The notes beneath the pieces are model-generated. The model saw nothing but the letters and a program-made list of their open reading frames with translations, did no database searches and was not told where the DNA came from. Both the position numbers and the translations under genes were made by a program. DNA of 64,000 nt from an uncultured cyanobacterium (GTDB lineage Bacteria > Cyanobacteriota > Cyanobacteriia > Pseudanabaenales > Pseudanabaenaceae), in NCBI GenBank assembly GCA_963703315.1, contig OY969811.1:3360001-3424000 (forward strand), written 5' to 3'. Every line of letters starts with the position of its first letter. Position 1 is the stretch's first letter. This document shows positions 48,269-58,183 of this stretch, piece after piece.

Positions 48269-50071
48269 TTAAATATTAGCCTTTATTGCCGCCGCTTGTT
48301 CTAGTAAAGATTCTGCAAAAGCGATCGCCTGAGACACAGTATTCACACCCTCCTTAACCACAGTTTTTCCTTTTTCCTTTTTCCTTTTTCCTTCTTCCAC
48401 CGTCATTCCCGAAGCAATTTGAGCAAGCTCCTGTTTACGCTCCTCTAATGCCAATAGCCGAATCTGGACTTGAGTGCGATCGCCAATTACTTGCTTGCTA
48501 ACGTGGAAATGTCGATCAGCGATCGCCGCAATCAGTGGCTGGTGGGTCACACAGAGAACTTGCGAACTACGGCTCAGTTGCCAAAGTTGGGTAGCGATCG
48601 CTTGGGCAACCCGACCTGACACTCCTGCATCGATTTCATCAAATACCATTGTGCCGACATTGGCATGATTAAATTCTGAAGCTACGGGTTGAGCTAATTC
48701 CTGATTTTTATCTTGAGTTTTTTGCTTTACAAAACAGGTTTTCAGTGCCAATAGAAATCGACTCATTTCGCCGCCCGAAGCAGTTTCCGCAAGGGGTTGC
48801 AGAGGTTCGCCGAGGTTGGGGCTAAATTCAAACACAATGCGATCTCCACCGAAAGTCGTTGGTTCCATTGCATAAATGCCAACTTGAAAGCGCACTTTTT
48901 CCATCGCCAACATTTTTAGAGCATCGATTTGCACTTGTTCGAGGGCGATCGCCGCTTGACGGCGTAGTTCTGTGAGTTTTTTACAAGCCTTGAGTAACGC
49001 TTGTAAATCAGCCTCGGCTTTACGTTCTAGATCTTCAATAGAAATACTTTGATCGGTAAGTTCCGCTAGTTCATTTTGCAACTTCTCGGTATAGGCGATC
49101 GCTTCAGGAAGCGTACCGTATTTACGACAGATTTGCTTAATTTGATTAATCCGTTGCTCGATTACTTCCAATTGCTCAGGATCGGATTCCAGACGATTGG
49201 CGTAATTATTAACTTGTCTACCTGCTTCTTCTACTTGAGCAAGGGCGCTAGATACCAATTCCAGAATTCCTTCCGCTTCCCGATCCAGTGTCACCATCTC
49301 AGTCAGCATGGACTCCGCTTGTCCTAATAAATCGGCACAGGCATTACCCCCATCATTCTGATAGAGCGCTTCATAAACCGCATAGCTCTGTTTCTGTAAC
49401 TCGACGCTATGGGCTAACCGATTGCGATCGCTTTCCAGATTGTCCAACTCATCGGGATCATCGAGATTTGCGGCTTCTAATTCCTTTAATTGATAGCGCA
49501 ACATATCCAAATGCTGCAACCGACTGCGATCATTTTGTTGACGTTCTAAGAGAGTCTTCCGAGATTTCTCTTTAATCTCAAACAACTTAGCCACTTTCTG
49601 ACGCTGTGCTAATAAAGTGCCATCGCCAAAATTATCGAGCCATTCCCGTTGTTGCGCTGCCTGACTGAGTAAGATTGTCTGCCCTTGTGCTGTAATCTCC
49701 ACAAGGCGATCTCGCAATTCTTGAATCTGTTGCTTATTCACGACCACGCCATTAATGCGGGTACGATTACTCCGCACCGTGATTTCACGACTACAAATCA
49801 GGGTTTCGGCATCTAGAGCATCAATTTCTTGAATTTCTAACCATTGGGCGATCGCCGCATTCATCGAAAAAGTCGCCTCAATATTGGCACGATCTGTTCC
49901 TGTTCGCAGCATTCGCGCTGACACCTTACCCCCAAGCGCCGCATCGAGGGCATCAAGGACAATTGATTTACCTGCTCCTGTTTCCCCTGTAAGGATGTTC
50001 AGACCAGCATATAACTCTAGTTCTAGGCGATCGATCAGGGCAAAATTTTCAATTTTGAGACTCAGGAGCAT
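48269..50071 (-). CDS. recN: DNA repair protein RecN
   Basis: TGETGAGKS, ASGGEMSR, FDEIDAGVSG and VTHQP motifs; coiled coils. Confidence 0.97.
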   Translation of the reverse strand: MLLSLKIENFALIDRLELELYAGLNILTGETGAGKSIVLDALDAALGGKVSARMLRTGTDRANIEATFSMNAAIAQWLEIQEIDALDAETLICSREITVRSNRTRINGVVVNKQQIQELRDRLVEITAQGQTILLSQAAQQREWLDNFGDGTLLAQRQKVAKLFEIKEKSRKTLLERQQNDRSRLQHLDMLRYQLKELEAANLDDPDELDNLESDRNRLAHSVELQKQSYAVYEALYQNDGGNACADLLGQAESMLTEMVTLDREAEGILELVSSALAQVEEAGRQVNNYANRLESDPEQLEVIEQRINQIKQICRKYGTLPEAIAYTEKLQNELAELTDQSISIEDLERKAEADLQALLKACKKLTELRRQAAIALEQVQIDALKMLAMEKVRFQVGIYAMEPTTFGGDRIVFEFSPNLGEPLQPLAETASGGEMSRFLLALKTCFVKQKTQDKNQELAQPVASEFNHANVGTMVFDEIDAGVSGRVAQAIATQLWQLSRSSQVLCVTHQPLIAAIADRHFHVSKQVIGDRTQVQIRLLALEERKQELAQIASGMTVEEGKRKKEKGKTVVKEGVNTVSQAIAFAESLLEQAAAIKANI

Positions 50072-50223
50072 AATCTGGTAATTCGTCGCTGGTGGGCAGA
50101 TGTTTGAGATCGATTTGGAACATCGAGATTACCTCAAAAGCTTAGCTATCTGGTTGGTATTATAGGCGATCGCTTTGATTAGTTATAATCATCCCAATAG
50201 TCAAGTTTTAGGAGGCGATCGCT

Positions 50224-50796
50224 ATGGTTTTAGCAGCTACTAAGCGATATACCGTGTCGGAATACTTAGCCCTAGAGGACAAAGCCGAATTTAAGAGTGA
50301 ATTTATCAATGGAGAAATTATCCCGATGGCAGGAGCTTCCGCAAATCACAATAAAATTGCCTTAAATTTGTGTCGGCTATTACCTCTAGTAATTGGCGAT
50401 CAAACCTACGAGATCTTCATGAGCGATATGCGGCTATGGATGCCTGCATATAGTCGCTATACCTATCCTGATGTCATGGTGGTTGCAGGCGAGCCAGTTT
50501 TTGTGGATCAAAGACAAATGGAAGTTACTAATCCCTGTTTGATTGTGGAAATTCTATCTAGCTCCACCCAAGCCTATGATCATGATAGTAAGTTCCGTCA
50601 ATATCATTCTATTCCTAGCTTTCAGGAATATATTTTGGTTTATCAAAATGGCTATGAAGTTGATCACTATGTCAAGGAGTCAGAGGATCGATGGGTTTTG
50701 ATGACCCATAAGGGAGAAGACTCTATGATTAAGTTGGTGTCAGTGCAGTTAGAAATCAGGTTAAGTGATTTGTATAAGCGCGTGAAGTTTGATTGA
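50224..50796 (+). CDS. Uma2-family putative endonuclease
   Basis: MAGASANH, YPDVMV and VEILS motifs; SD AGGAGG. Confidence 0.9.
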   Translation: MVLAATKRYTVSEYLALEDKAEFKSEFINGEIIPMAGASANHNKIALNLCRLLPLVIGDQTYEIFMSDMRLWMPAYSRYTYPDVMVVAGEPVFVDQRQMEVTNPCLIVEILSSSTQAYDHDSKFRQYHSIPSFQEYILVYQNGYEVDHYVKESEDRWVLMTHKGEDSMIKLVSVQLEIRLSDLYKRVKFD

Positions 50797-50807
50797 TTAA
50801 CTAAGTA

Positions 50808-50924
50808 TCAAACAATAATGCCAAGCGATCGCAGCTTTGCCAATAATAATTCCACCTGTTCTTGAGCAGCATCAGCCCGATATTTCTCGATATCAGCTTT
50901 TTCTTCGCCTGTAAGATAATTTCG
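50808..50924 (-). pseudogene. Orphan Uma2 C-terminal tail, in frame after the stop of the 50925 gene
   Basis: RNYLTGEEKADIEKYRADAAQEQVELLLAKLRSLGIIV*; compare the tail of the 4457 gene. Confidence 0.65.
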
Positions 50925-51488
50925 CTAAAAAGTAACATCTTCGTAGAGATCCACAAATTTCCCCTCAAAATTAATACTTGATAATTGGAAACTTTCTTGT
51001 TCTCCAGAATAGGTTTCTAAAAACCAGCGTCCACCTTCTTTCCGAAAGCAATCAAGGCGTTGACGTTTAGTGTTGACTAGAACGTATTCTTCTAGAGTTT
51101 CTAGTTGTTGGTAATCGGCAAACTTATCGCCTCGATCAAACCCTTCCGTAGATTTGGATAGAACTTCGATAATTAGTTTAGGAAATCGCTTGTGATTTGG
51201 GGTTTGGGCATCTCTAAGATCGCAAGTCACCATCACATCTGGGTAATAAAAGCGATTTAATGAGTCTATTCTCGCTTTCATGTCTGACATATAGACACGG
51301 CAATTAGAACCGCGCAAGTGGTTGCGGATTACAAAAGCCATATTTAAGGCGATCGTGACGTGGGGATCGTTTGCACCAGCCATTGCATAAACATATCCAT
51401 CGATATATTCATGTTTAATCTCGCTTTGCTCTTCCATTGCGAGATATTCTTCGGGAGTTATGTAATCAAACTTTGGTTTGGCAATCAT
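50925..51488 (-). CDS. Uma2-family putative endonuclease
   Basis: YAMAGA, YPDVMVTC and IEVLSKST..DRGDK motifs. Confidence 0.9.
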   Translation of the reverse strand: MIAKPKFDYITPEEYLAMEEQSEIKHEYIDGYVYAMAGANDPHVTIALNMAFVIRNHLRGSNCRVYMSDMKARIDSLNRFYYPDVMVTCDLRDAQTPNHKRFPKLIIEVLSKSTEGFDRGDKFADYQQLETLEEYVLVNTKRQRLDCFRKEGGRWFLETYSGEQESFQLSSINFEGKFVDLYEDVTF

Positions 51489-52099
51489 AATTTACCTGAT
51501 GAGATAGGAGGAAGTATAGAGGCTATAGCGATCGCAACATCAGGAAATGCTAAAGGCGAGGCTTGATTTGGCTCAGTAAGAATGAGATGTTCGGTGTAAC
51601 CGATCGCTGTTGGTTTACGAAAGATATGCAGTTGACGTTTTTGAGGAGCTAGTACCCAATAGTCTGTGATACCAGCTTTGGCATAGAGCTTATCTTTGAT
51701 TTCACAATCTTGTTTTAGTGTGGAGTCGGCAACTTCTACGATGAGATAAATTTGCTCAGGGCTTGGATGTTGTTCAGCGTAATCTAAAACTGTTCCTCGG
51801 ACGATCGCTAAATCTGGTTCTGGTTCTGAAAAATTATCTAAATGAATGGGGTCTTGGGTGCGAACTAATGCAGAATTACCAAGGCGATCGCGTAAAATAT
51901 TGGCAAGCAAATGTAATGAGGTGACATGGGGATTTCCTTTGGCAGCCATTAGTGTGATGTGTCCGTCAATTAGTTCAGTACGTTCGTTGCAATCAAGAAT
52001 TCCAAATTCACTCATACGCCGATAATCGTTAGCTGTCCAGCGTTTAATGGCGCTTGGCTCTAGAGTAATCCAAGGAATAGACTGGTCTACAAGAGTCAT
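51485..52099 (-). CDS. Uma2-family putative endonuclease
   Basis: ELIDG, EPEPDL, VEVADST and YAKAGITDYW motifs; 4-bp overlap with the next gene. Confidence 0.9.
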   Translation of the reverse strand: MTLVDQSIPWITLEPSAIKRWTANDYRRMSEFGILDCNERTELIDGHITLMAAKGNPHVTSLHLLANILRDRLGNSALVRTQDPIHLDNFSEPEPDLAIVRGTVLDYAEQHPSPEQIYLIVEVADSTLKQDCEIKDKLYAKAGITDYWVLAPQKRQLHIFRKPTAIGYTEHLILTEPNQASPLAFPDVAIAIASILPPISSGKL

Positions 52100-52183
52100 A
52101 GTTTGCTTGATTAGTTATTTGAGAATGATCAAATTAGGAGCATAGCGCGATTGTATAGTAATGCAAGGGTGACGGTCTTGTTC

Positions 52184-55100
52184 TTAGATCGGCAAAGTCT
52201 CGCCTGCTAAGAGACGCTTCGAGGCACTTAGTAATTCTTCTTCAAGATAAGGCTTCGTGAAGTAACCCTTCGCTCCCAGTTGAATGGCTGACTGACGGTG
52301 GCGATCGGCTCCACGCGAAGTTAACATCGCTACAGGAATTTCCTTAAGTCGTGAATCTTTTTGGAGTCTCGATAGAAGATCCAAGCCATCCATGCGAGGC
52401 ATCTCAATGTCACAGAAGATCATGTCGCAGGGCAGACCAGCACGGAGTTTTTCCCATGCATCCTGTCCGTCTTTAGCTTGTTCCACGCGATAGCCTACCT
52501 TCGCAAAGGTCAACGATAGTAACTCCCGTACCGTAATCGAGTCATCAACAATCAGTACTGTCGGATCGGCAGCAACCTCTTCTTCGATTGTCGGCTGGAT
52601 TGTTGCTCCAGAGGTGGAAGGACGCAATCTGCCACTCGCGATGTCAAATAGCTCTAGTACGTTGGCGATCGCCATAACGCGACCATCCCCTAGCACCGTT
52701 GCCCCTGCAATCCCCGCAGGTTGGGGAATTGGTCCTTCTAATTGCTTGATTACAATTTCGTATTCACCGAGGAACTGATCAACTTGTAGCGCTAAATAAC
52801 TAGTGTCATTGCGGAGAATAATGATACAGAGTTCATCATTTTCTTGCTTACCATAAATGCTACTACGGCTGAGATGGCGGCTATAGGACAGCAGATTAGA
52901 CAGGTGCTGGAATGGCAACAGTGTATCGCGCCAAGGTAAGCAAGGCTGACCTTTGTCGTTTAGCATAATCTGACTCTGAGGCACTTCCACCATATCCTCG
53001 AAACCATCTACAGGGAAGGCAATTCTGGCGCGATCGCTAATACAGAACATCGCCTTAGAAATACTCAAAGTAAGTGGTAAGCGAATCGTAAAGGTTGTCC
53101 CCTTACCAACCACTGATTCCACAATAATCACACCGCGAATATCATCAAGACAGGTTTTGACCACATCCAGACCGACTCCACGACCCTTAAATTCATCGGC
53201 TTGAGCCGCAGTACTAAATCCGGGTTCAAAGAGCAGGGCGTATACTTCCGTATCATTGAGGCGATCAACTTCCGCTTGCGATCGCACTCCCTTCGAGACA
53301 GCGCTTTTCTTCACTTTGTCTGTACTGATCCCAGCGCCATCATCACTTATGGAAATAACGGTTTGGTTACCTTGGTGATAGGCGCGTACTGTCAGTTTAC
53401 CAGTTGCCGATTTACCTGCTGCTTGACGGGTAGCAGGATCTTCCAATCCATGATCGATCGCATTGTTGACAAGGTGTGTCAGTGGATCGGTGAGAGATTC
53501 TAGAATCGCTTTATCGATCAGTGTCTCCCGTCCAAAGATTTCTAAATCAGCTTGTTTACCAGTTTTGAGGGCGCGATCGCGAATACCTCTAGGCAAGCGA
53601 TCGGCAATTTGGGCAAAGGGAACCATGCGCGACTGTTTTAAATCATCTTGCACTTGAGTCGTAATCGTTCCCAATTGGCGAGTGACCTGATCCGTCTCAC
53701 CCACCACGAACTCAATGTCTGAGGCAGATTCCCGAACGCGAACAATTAACTCAATAATTTCCTGTGATAGAACGTGGAAAGTATTGTAGCGATCAAACTC
53801 AATGCCTTCAAAATCATTGGTAACAGAATTATTCGAGCCGCCGCCTTCGCCGCTTGAATAGGATGCATCAAAACTACTAGTATACGAGCGTCCACGTCCT
53901 GCACTCAAGGAAGCTTCTAGCAAAGAGCGATCGTACTGATCACGCATTCTTTGTGACACATCGCTCAATAATTGAACTTGGTGCAATAGGTTCGTAATAA
54001 ACTGTTGCAAGCGTTCTTGATCCTGTTCCAACAGATTGCGGTTAACAACTAGTTCCCCAACAAGGTTGTTCAAGCTATCAAGATACTTAACATCAACCCG
54101 CATTGTTGAATCAGTAAACTTTGACTTACGGGTAGTTGTGGGAGGACGTACAGAGGTCTTAGTTTTAAGTGTTCCAATTTCTTGAGAATATTTCTCTTGT
54201 AACAGATTCTCCAAATCATCAAAGTCATCGTTAGGTTTTGATGCAGGCTTAGAAACTGCTGTTATATTGTCTAGATTATTGCCTCCTCCAGATTTAGAAT
54301 TACTAGCTCCATCAAAAGAATTGCCTAGCAGTGCTTCTAATTCATCAAAATTCATATCATCAGATTGAGCAGATGGTTGCTCATTGCTAACAAATGCTGA
54401 AGCTTGGCTATTCACTGATTGATCAACTGATTGATCATTCGATTCATTGATGTTGCTAGAATCGCCAATCATCGATTCTAAGTCATCAAAATTAAAATCA
54501 TCATCGATTCCATTAAGTTCTTGAGGCTGCGATCGCTGATGATCCTCCATCGTAGTTGCAAAATTTGCAGTGGAAATATCTGAGGTTTCGCCGCGATCGC
54601 TACCAAAATCAGCAAATTCATTAAATTCAGCAAATTCAATATTAGAATTGACTTCTATACTTTCTAGATCGTCAGAAGTTTTCAATGAGCTAATTTCTGA
54701 ATCATCATCACCTTGGAAGAAGTCTGCGAGATTGTCAATAGTAGTCTTTGCCGTAATATCATCTTCCCCAAAGTCATCTTCCTGCATCAGTGCAAGATTA
54801 CCTTCTGAGGTCTCGGAAGCTGCATCTTGAAAGTCGTTATCCAGAATATCTGCTAAACCATTAATATCATTAGCATCCTGAGTCAGCGATCGCTGGTCTT
54901 CTTCAAAGTTAAAATCATTTTCTAAAATAGTCAAATCGTTTTCATCAGCGTTAGTAAATAAATTTGCTAAATCAGAATCGTCTGAAGAGGTAGCTTGATC
55001 TAGAAATTGTTCTGATATATTGCCTTCTGTATTTACTTCAGCAATATTGTCTTCTACCACCAAAAAGTTTGAATCAACATCTTGATCAGACTCAAAATCC

Positions 55101-58100
55101 ATGAATGCATCTACATAGCTATCATCGGTATTGATTACATCAGTCTGATTGCTTTGCTCACTACCTATCAGGTCTGCACCTAGTTCATCCCAATCGTTAT
55201 CAGTAATATTTCCATTTAAACCTTGAGGAGCATCTACTTCGCTAAAGAAGTTACCCAAATCATCAATATTGCTTGTATCGTTAGGCTCAGCCAATTCTCT
55301 GTCAAGCTCACTGGAACTATCTTCGTAGTCTTCAGCACCTGCAAAGAAATCACCCAGTTCATCAGAACTATCCATATTGCCAAAGTCATCAACCAATTTG
55401 TCAATACTAGTAACATTGGGAGCTTCAGAACTATTTTCTGACTCCAAAGACTCTGCAAAGAAGTCATCTAAACCATCAACATCACTCACTTCTTCTGATA
55501 CAAAGCTATTAACCTCATCAGAAATAGTTGCTACCTCTGCTGAAGCAAAGAAATCACCTAGTTCATCAGTACTATCCACCTGATTGTCGAAAACATCTAA
55601 TTCATGCTTCGCATCAGTAACAGCCAAGTTTGGTTGTGCGGAGTCAGTCAAGAAATCGCCTAGTTCATCATCATTACTAAGCAGATGAATATCTTCATCA
55701 ATATTCATGTTAGAAGAATTATCCTCATTCGGAAAACCCTCGGATTCTCCAAAGAAATCCCCTAATTTGTCAGCATTATCAACTTCATTACTATCAGTAA
55801 AATCCCCAAATTCTGATGACAAGGTATCTGTTACTGAAGAACTTGAATTGTCATCAAAGTCAAGGTTATTAGCATCAAAGCTTGAATTATCAATTGAATG
55901 ATCGGATATCAGTAAATTATCAAAATTTTCGTCAGATGAAATATGGGATGGAGTGCCTGTAGATTCATCACTATCAAATCCTAACTCATCAAACATATTC
56001 AAGTTAGCAGTATTAAGAGAATCAAAACTCTCACTGCTTGACAAAGAATCTGCAAAGCTATCAGATACAGCATCTTCAGATAAACTATCAATATCTGAAT
56101 TAGCAACCTCATTATTGATATTATCTAGAGTATTGTCTGAAGAAATACCTAACAGAAATTCATCAAAGTTCTCATCGATCGCAAATGGGTCTTCCAATAA
56201 ACCCATATCTGACTCAGAAAAAGTTAAAGCAAATGGTTCGCTACCACCACTCCTAGCAAGCTCATTTTCTTGTCTTTCTATCTCAGCAAAATATTCTCCA
56301 CTAGATAGAGACTCAGAATTATCTTGATCATTATCATGATTTTGAGAGTCAACAAATCCACTTTCTAGGAACTGATCAGATTCAGAAATAGCTGCTAGAT
56401 TATCTGATGAATCAGAAAAATCAAGATCATCAATACTAAAATTATCGATACTAATATCACTTGTTTGGGTATGATCATCAACTTGAGGTTCATTGATATT
56501 ACTGATCAAATCAATGCCTAAATTATCAATTTGAGGTTCATTGATTTGATCAATAATATCAACACCTAAATCGTCAATATTTAGATCAAATTGATTGTCT
56601 AAGGAATTATCAGTACCAAAATCATCAGTGACTAAATCATCTAGGTTTGACTGAGCCAAATCCATCTCATCCTGTTGCCATGAAGCATTTAGCTCCTCTG
56701 GAAATAGGGGGTCACTGTTTTCGACATTTGTAATTGTATCAGTAGCAAAATCGCCAAATAGATGCTTAAGACTAGATTGTTGATCAGTACCTAGACTAGG
56801 GATTCCTGATTCAATATTGACCGACGAAGTATGATCATCAAGCAGATCGGCAAACTCATCATTAACTGGTACAGTTGGGACGGCTCCATGATTCAATATC
56901 TGTGTTTCATTAGATTCAATGTCTTCCCAAGCAGCATCAAAATCAATATCATCATTTTCAAATAAAATCGCTAAGGATTTCAACTCCGATGAACCAACTT
57001 TAGGTCCATCAATATGTTGACCCTCAGTAATATCAACATCGTATCCTTGATCCATCCAATCTATCTGAGCCAATTGATTCTCAGGAATTTCTGCCAAATC
57101 AAACCCTTCTTCATTGATTGAGTCGGCAAATAGATCAATATCTTCTGTAACTGTCTCTAAGTCTGGTTCTACAGCAGCATCAACTTCTAGATTTGCAATT
57201 GCTAGATCCTCTACAAATGATGCCTCTTCTGTAAGATCTGCCAGATCCCCTGAAGCGGTGGTAAAAATTGTGCTGACTTCATCATCTTCTGGTTCAGAAA
57301 ATCGATAGGGCAGTAAACTTTGAATTTGTGCGGAAACGGTAATTTCTGCTTCACGATTTGTCAGTACTAAATCTTGAGCTTCTCGCAGTTCTCTGATCAA
57401 AATAGGCGCAAGGGTACGGAAGTCATTATTATGCTGGGCGATCGCATTCTTAATCTGGGTGGCTAAATATGTCCAGTTTCTCAAGTTAAAGTTATCGCCA
57501 AGATCTTGGAAGTAGGTACAAATAGTCTGTAACTGCGATCGGCTTTCGACAGTATCTTCACCACGAAACAGTTGCAGCATATCGCGCATTTTGGTTGTGA
57601 CATCTTGCTGAAAAGCTGACTCCAAAGGAATAGCTGGCTGCTGTGGTGGTGCTAATGCTGCTTCAGGTTGTAGATGCAATACAGGCGCTTTGCCATTGGC
57701 ATCAGCAACTAACTGATGCAGATAGGACTCTAATTCGGCAAATACAGGTTTGACACGGTTGCTAGTCTCAGCAGTTAGTTCATCGGAGATCTTAAAGCCA
57801 ACTTGCAATTCGTCTAGGAGTTCTGACAAAGGATCAAAGCCAGCTAATAATAGGCTTTTTAAGCGTTCATCAACATTTATTTGAGGATTCTCTTTGAGAA
57901 TTTTGAAAAAGTCTTCCAATCGGTGAGAAACGTGCTGAATACTGCCTACTCCCAACATTGCAGCACCACCTTTAATCGAGTGAGCAGCCCGAAAAAGTTC
58001 ATTAACTGATTCAGGATCATCGAGAATATCTTGCAAGTTTAATACGCCTTGCTCAATGGTCTGAAGATGTTCACGGGCTTCTTCGATGAAGTAGCCCATA

Positions 58101-58129
58101 ATCCGTTGCTGTTGTTGTTCCGAGTTCAT
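52184..58129 (-). CDS. CheA-like hybrid kinase (PilL/HmpE-type): Hpt, acidic linker, HATPase, CheW, receiver
   Basis: FRAAHSIKG Hpt; HLVNNAIDHG; GRGVGLDVV; VDDS...DIEMP receiver. Confidence 0.95.
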   Translation of the reverse strand: MNSEQQQQRIMGYFIEEAREHLQTIEQGVLNLQDILDDPESVNELFRAAHSIKGGAAMLGVGSIQHVSHRLEDFFKILKENPQINVDERLKSLLLAGFDPLSELLDELQVGFKISDELTAETSNRVKPVFAELESYLHQLVADANGKAPVLHLQPEAALAPPQQPAIPLESAFQQDVTTKMRDMLQLFRGEDTVESRSQLQTICTYFQDLGDNFNLRNWTYLATQIKNAIAQHNNDFRTLAPILIRELREAQDLVLTNREAEITVSAQIQSLLPYRFSEPEDDEVSTIFTTASGDLADLTEEASFVEDLAIANLEVDAAVEPDLETVTEDIDLFADSINEEGFDLAEIPENQLAQIDWMDQGYDVDITEGQHIDGPKVGSSELKSLAILFENDDIDFDAAWEDIESNETQILNHGAVPTVPVNDEFADLLDDHTSSVNIESGIPSLGTDQQSSLKHLFGDFATDTITNVENSDPLFPEELNASWQQDEMDLAQSNLDDLVTDDFGTDNSLDNQFDLNIDDLGVDIIDQINEPQIDNLGIDLISNINEPQVDDHTQTSDISIDNFSIDDLDFSDSSDNLAAISESDQFLESGFVDSQNHDNDQDNSESLSSGEYFAEIERQENELARSGGSEPFALTFSESDMGLLEDPFAIDENFDEFLLGISSDNTLDNINNEVANSDIDSLSEDAVSDSFADSLSSSESFDSLNTANLNMFDELGFDSDESTGTPSHISSDENFDNLLISDHSIDNSSFDANNLDFDDNSSSSVTDTLSSEFGDFTDSNEVDNADKLGDFFGESEGFPNEDNSSNMNIDEDIHLLSNDDELGDFLTDSAQPNLAVTDAKHELDVFDNQVDSTDELGDFFASAEVATISDEVNSFVSEEVSDVDGLDDFFAESLESENSSEAPNVTSIDKLVDDFGNMDSSDELGDFFAGAEDYEDSSSELDRELAEPNDTSNIDDLGNFFSEVDAPQGLNGNITDNDWDELGADLIGSEQSNQTDVINTDDSYVDAFMDFESDQDVDSNFLVVEDNIAEVNTEGNISEQFLDQATSSDDSDLANLFTNADENDLTILENDFNFEEDQRSLTQDANDINGLADILDNDFQDAASETSEGNLALMQEDDFGEDDITAKTTIDNLADFFQGDDDSEISSLKTSDDLESIEVNSNIEFAEFNEFADFGSDRGETSDISTANFATTMEDHQRSQPQELNGIDDDFNFDDLESMIGDSSNINESNDQSVDQSVNSQASAFVSNEQPSAQSDDMNFDELEALLGNSFDGASNSKSGGGNNLDNITAVSKPASKPNDDFDDLENLLQEKYSQEIGTLKTKTSVRPPTTTRKSKFTDSTMRVDVKYLDSLNNLVGELVVNRNLLEQDQERLQQFITNLLHQVQLLSDVSQRMRDQYDRSLLEASLSAGRGRSYTSSFDASYSSGEGGGSNNSVTNDFEGIEFDRYNTFHVLSQEIIELIVRVRESASDIEFVVGETDQVTRQLGTITTQVQDDLKQSRMVPFAQIADRLPRGIRDRALKTGKQADLEIFGRETLIDKAILESLTDPLTHLVNNAIDHGLEDPATRQAAGKSATGKLTVRAYHQGNQTVISISDDGAGISTDKVKKSAVSKGVRSQAEVDRLNDTEVYALLFEPGFSTAAQADEFKGRGVGLDVVKTCLDDIRGVIIVESVVGKGTTFTIRLPLTLSISKAMFCISDRARIAFPVDGFEDMVEVPQSQIMLNDKGQPCLPWRDTLLPFQHLSNLLSYSRHLSRSSIYGKQENDELCIIILRNDTSYLALQVDQFLGEYEIVIKQLEGPIPQPAGIAGATVLGDGRVMAIANVLELFDIASGRLRPSTSGATIQPTIEEEVAADPTVLIVDDSITVRELLSLTFAKVGYRVEQAKDGQDAWEKLRAGLPCDMIFCDIEMPRMDGLDLLSRLQKDSRLKEIPVAMLTSRGADRHRQSAIQLGAKGYFTKPYLEEELLSASKRLLAGETLPI

Positions 58130-58183
58130 GACAGAATCCTCTCAAATATTAGGGTATGAGTAGCTAGGCTAGAGATGCTAAGG

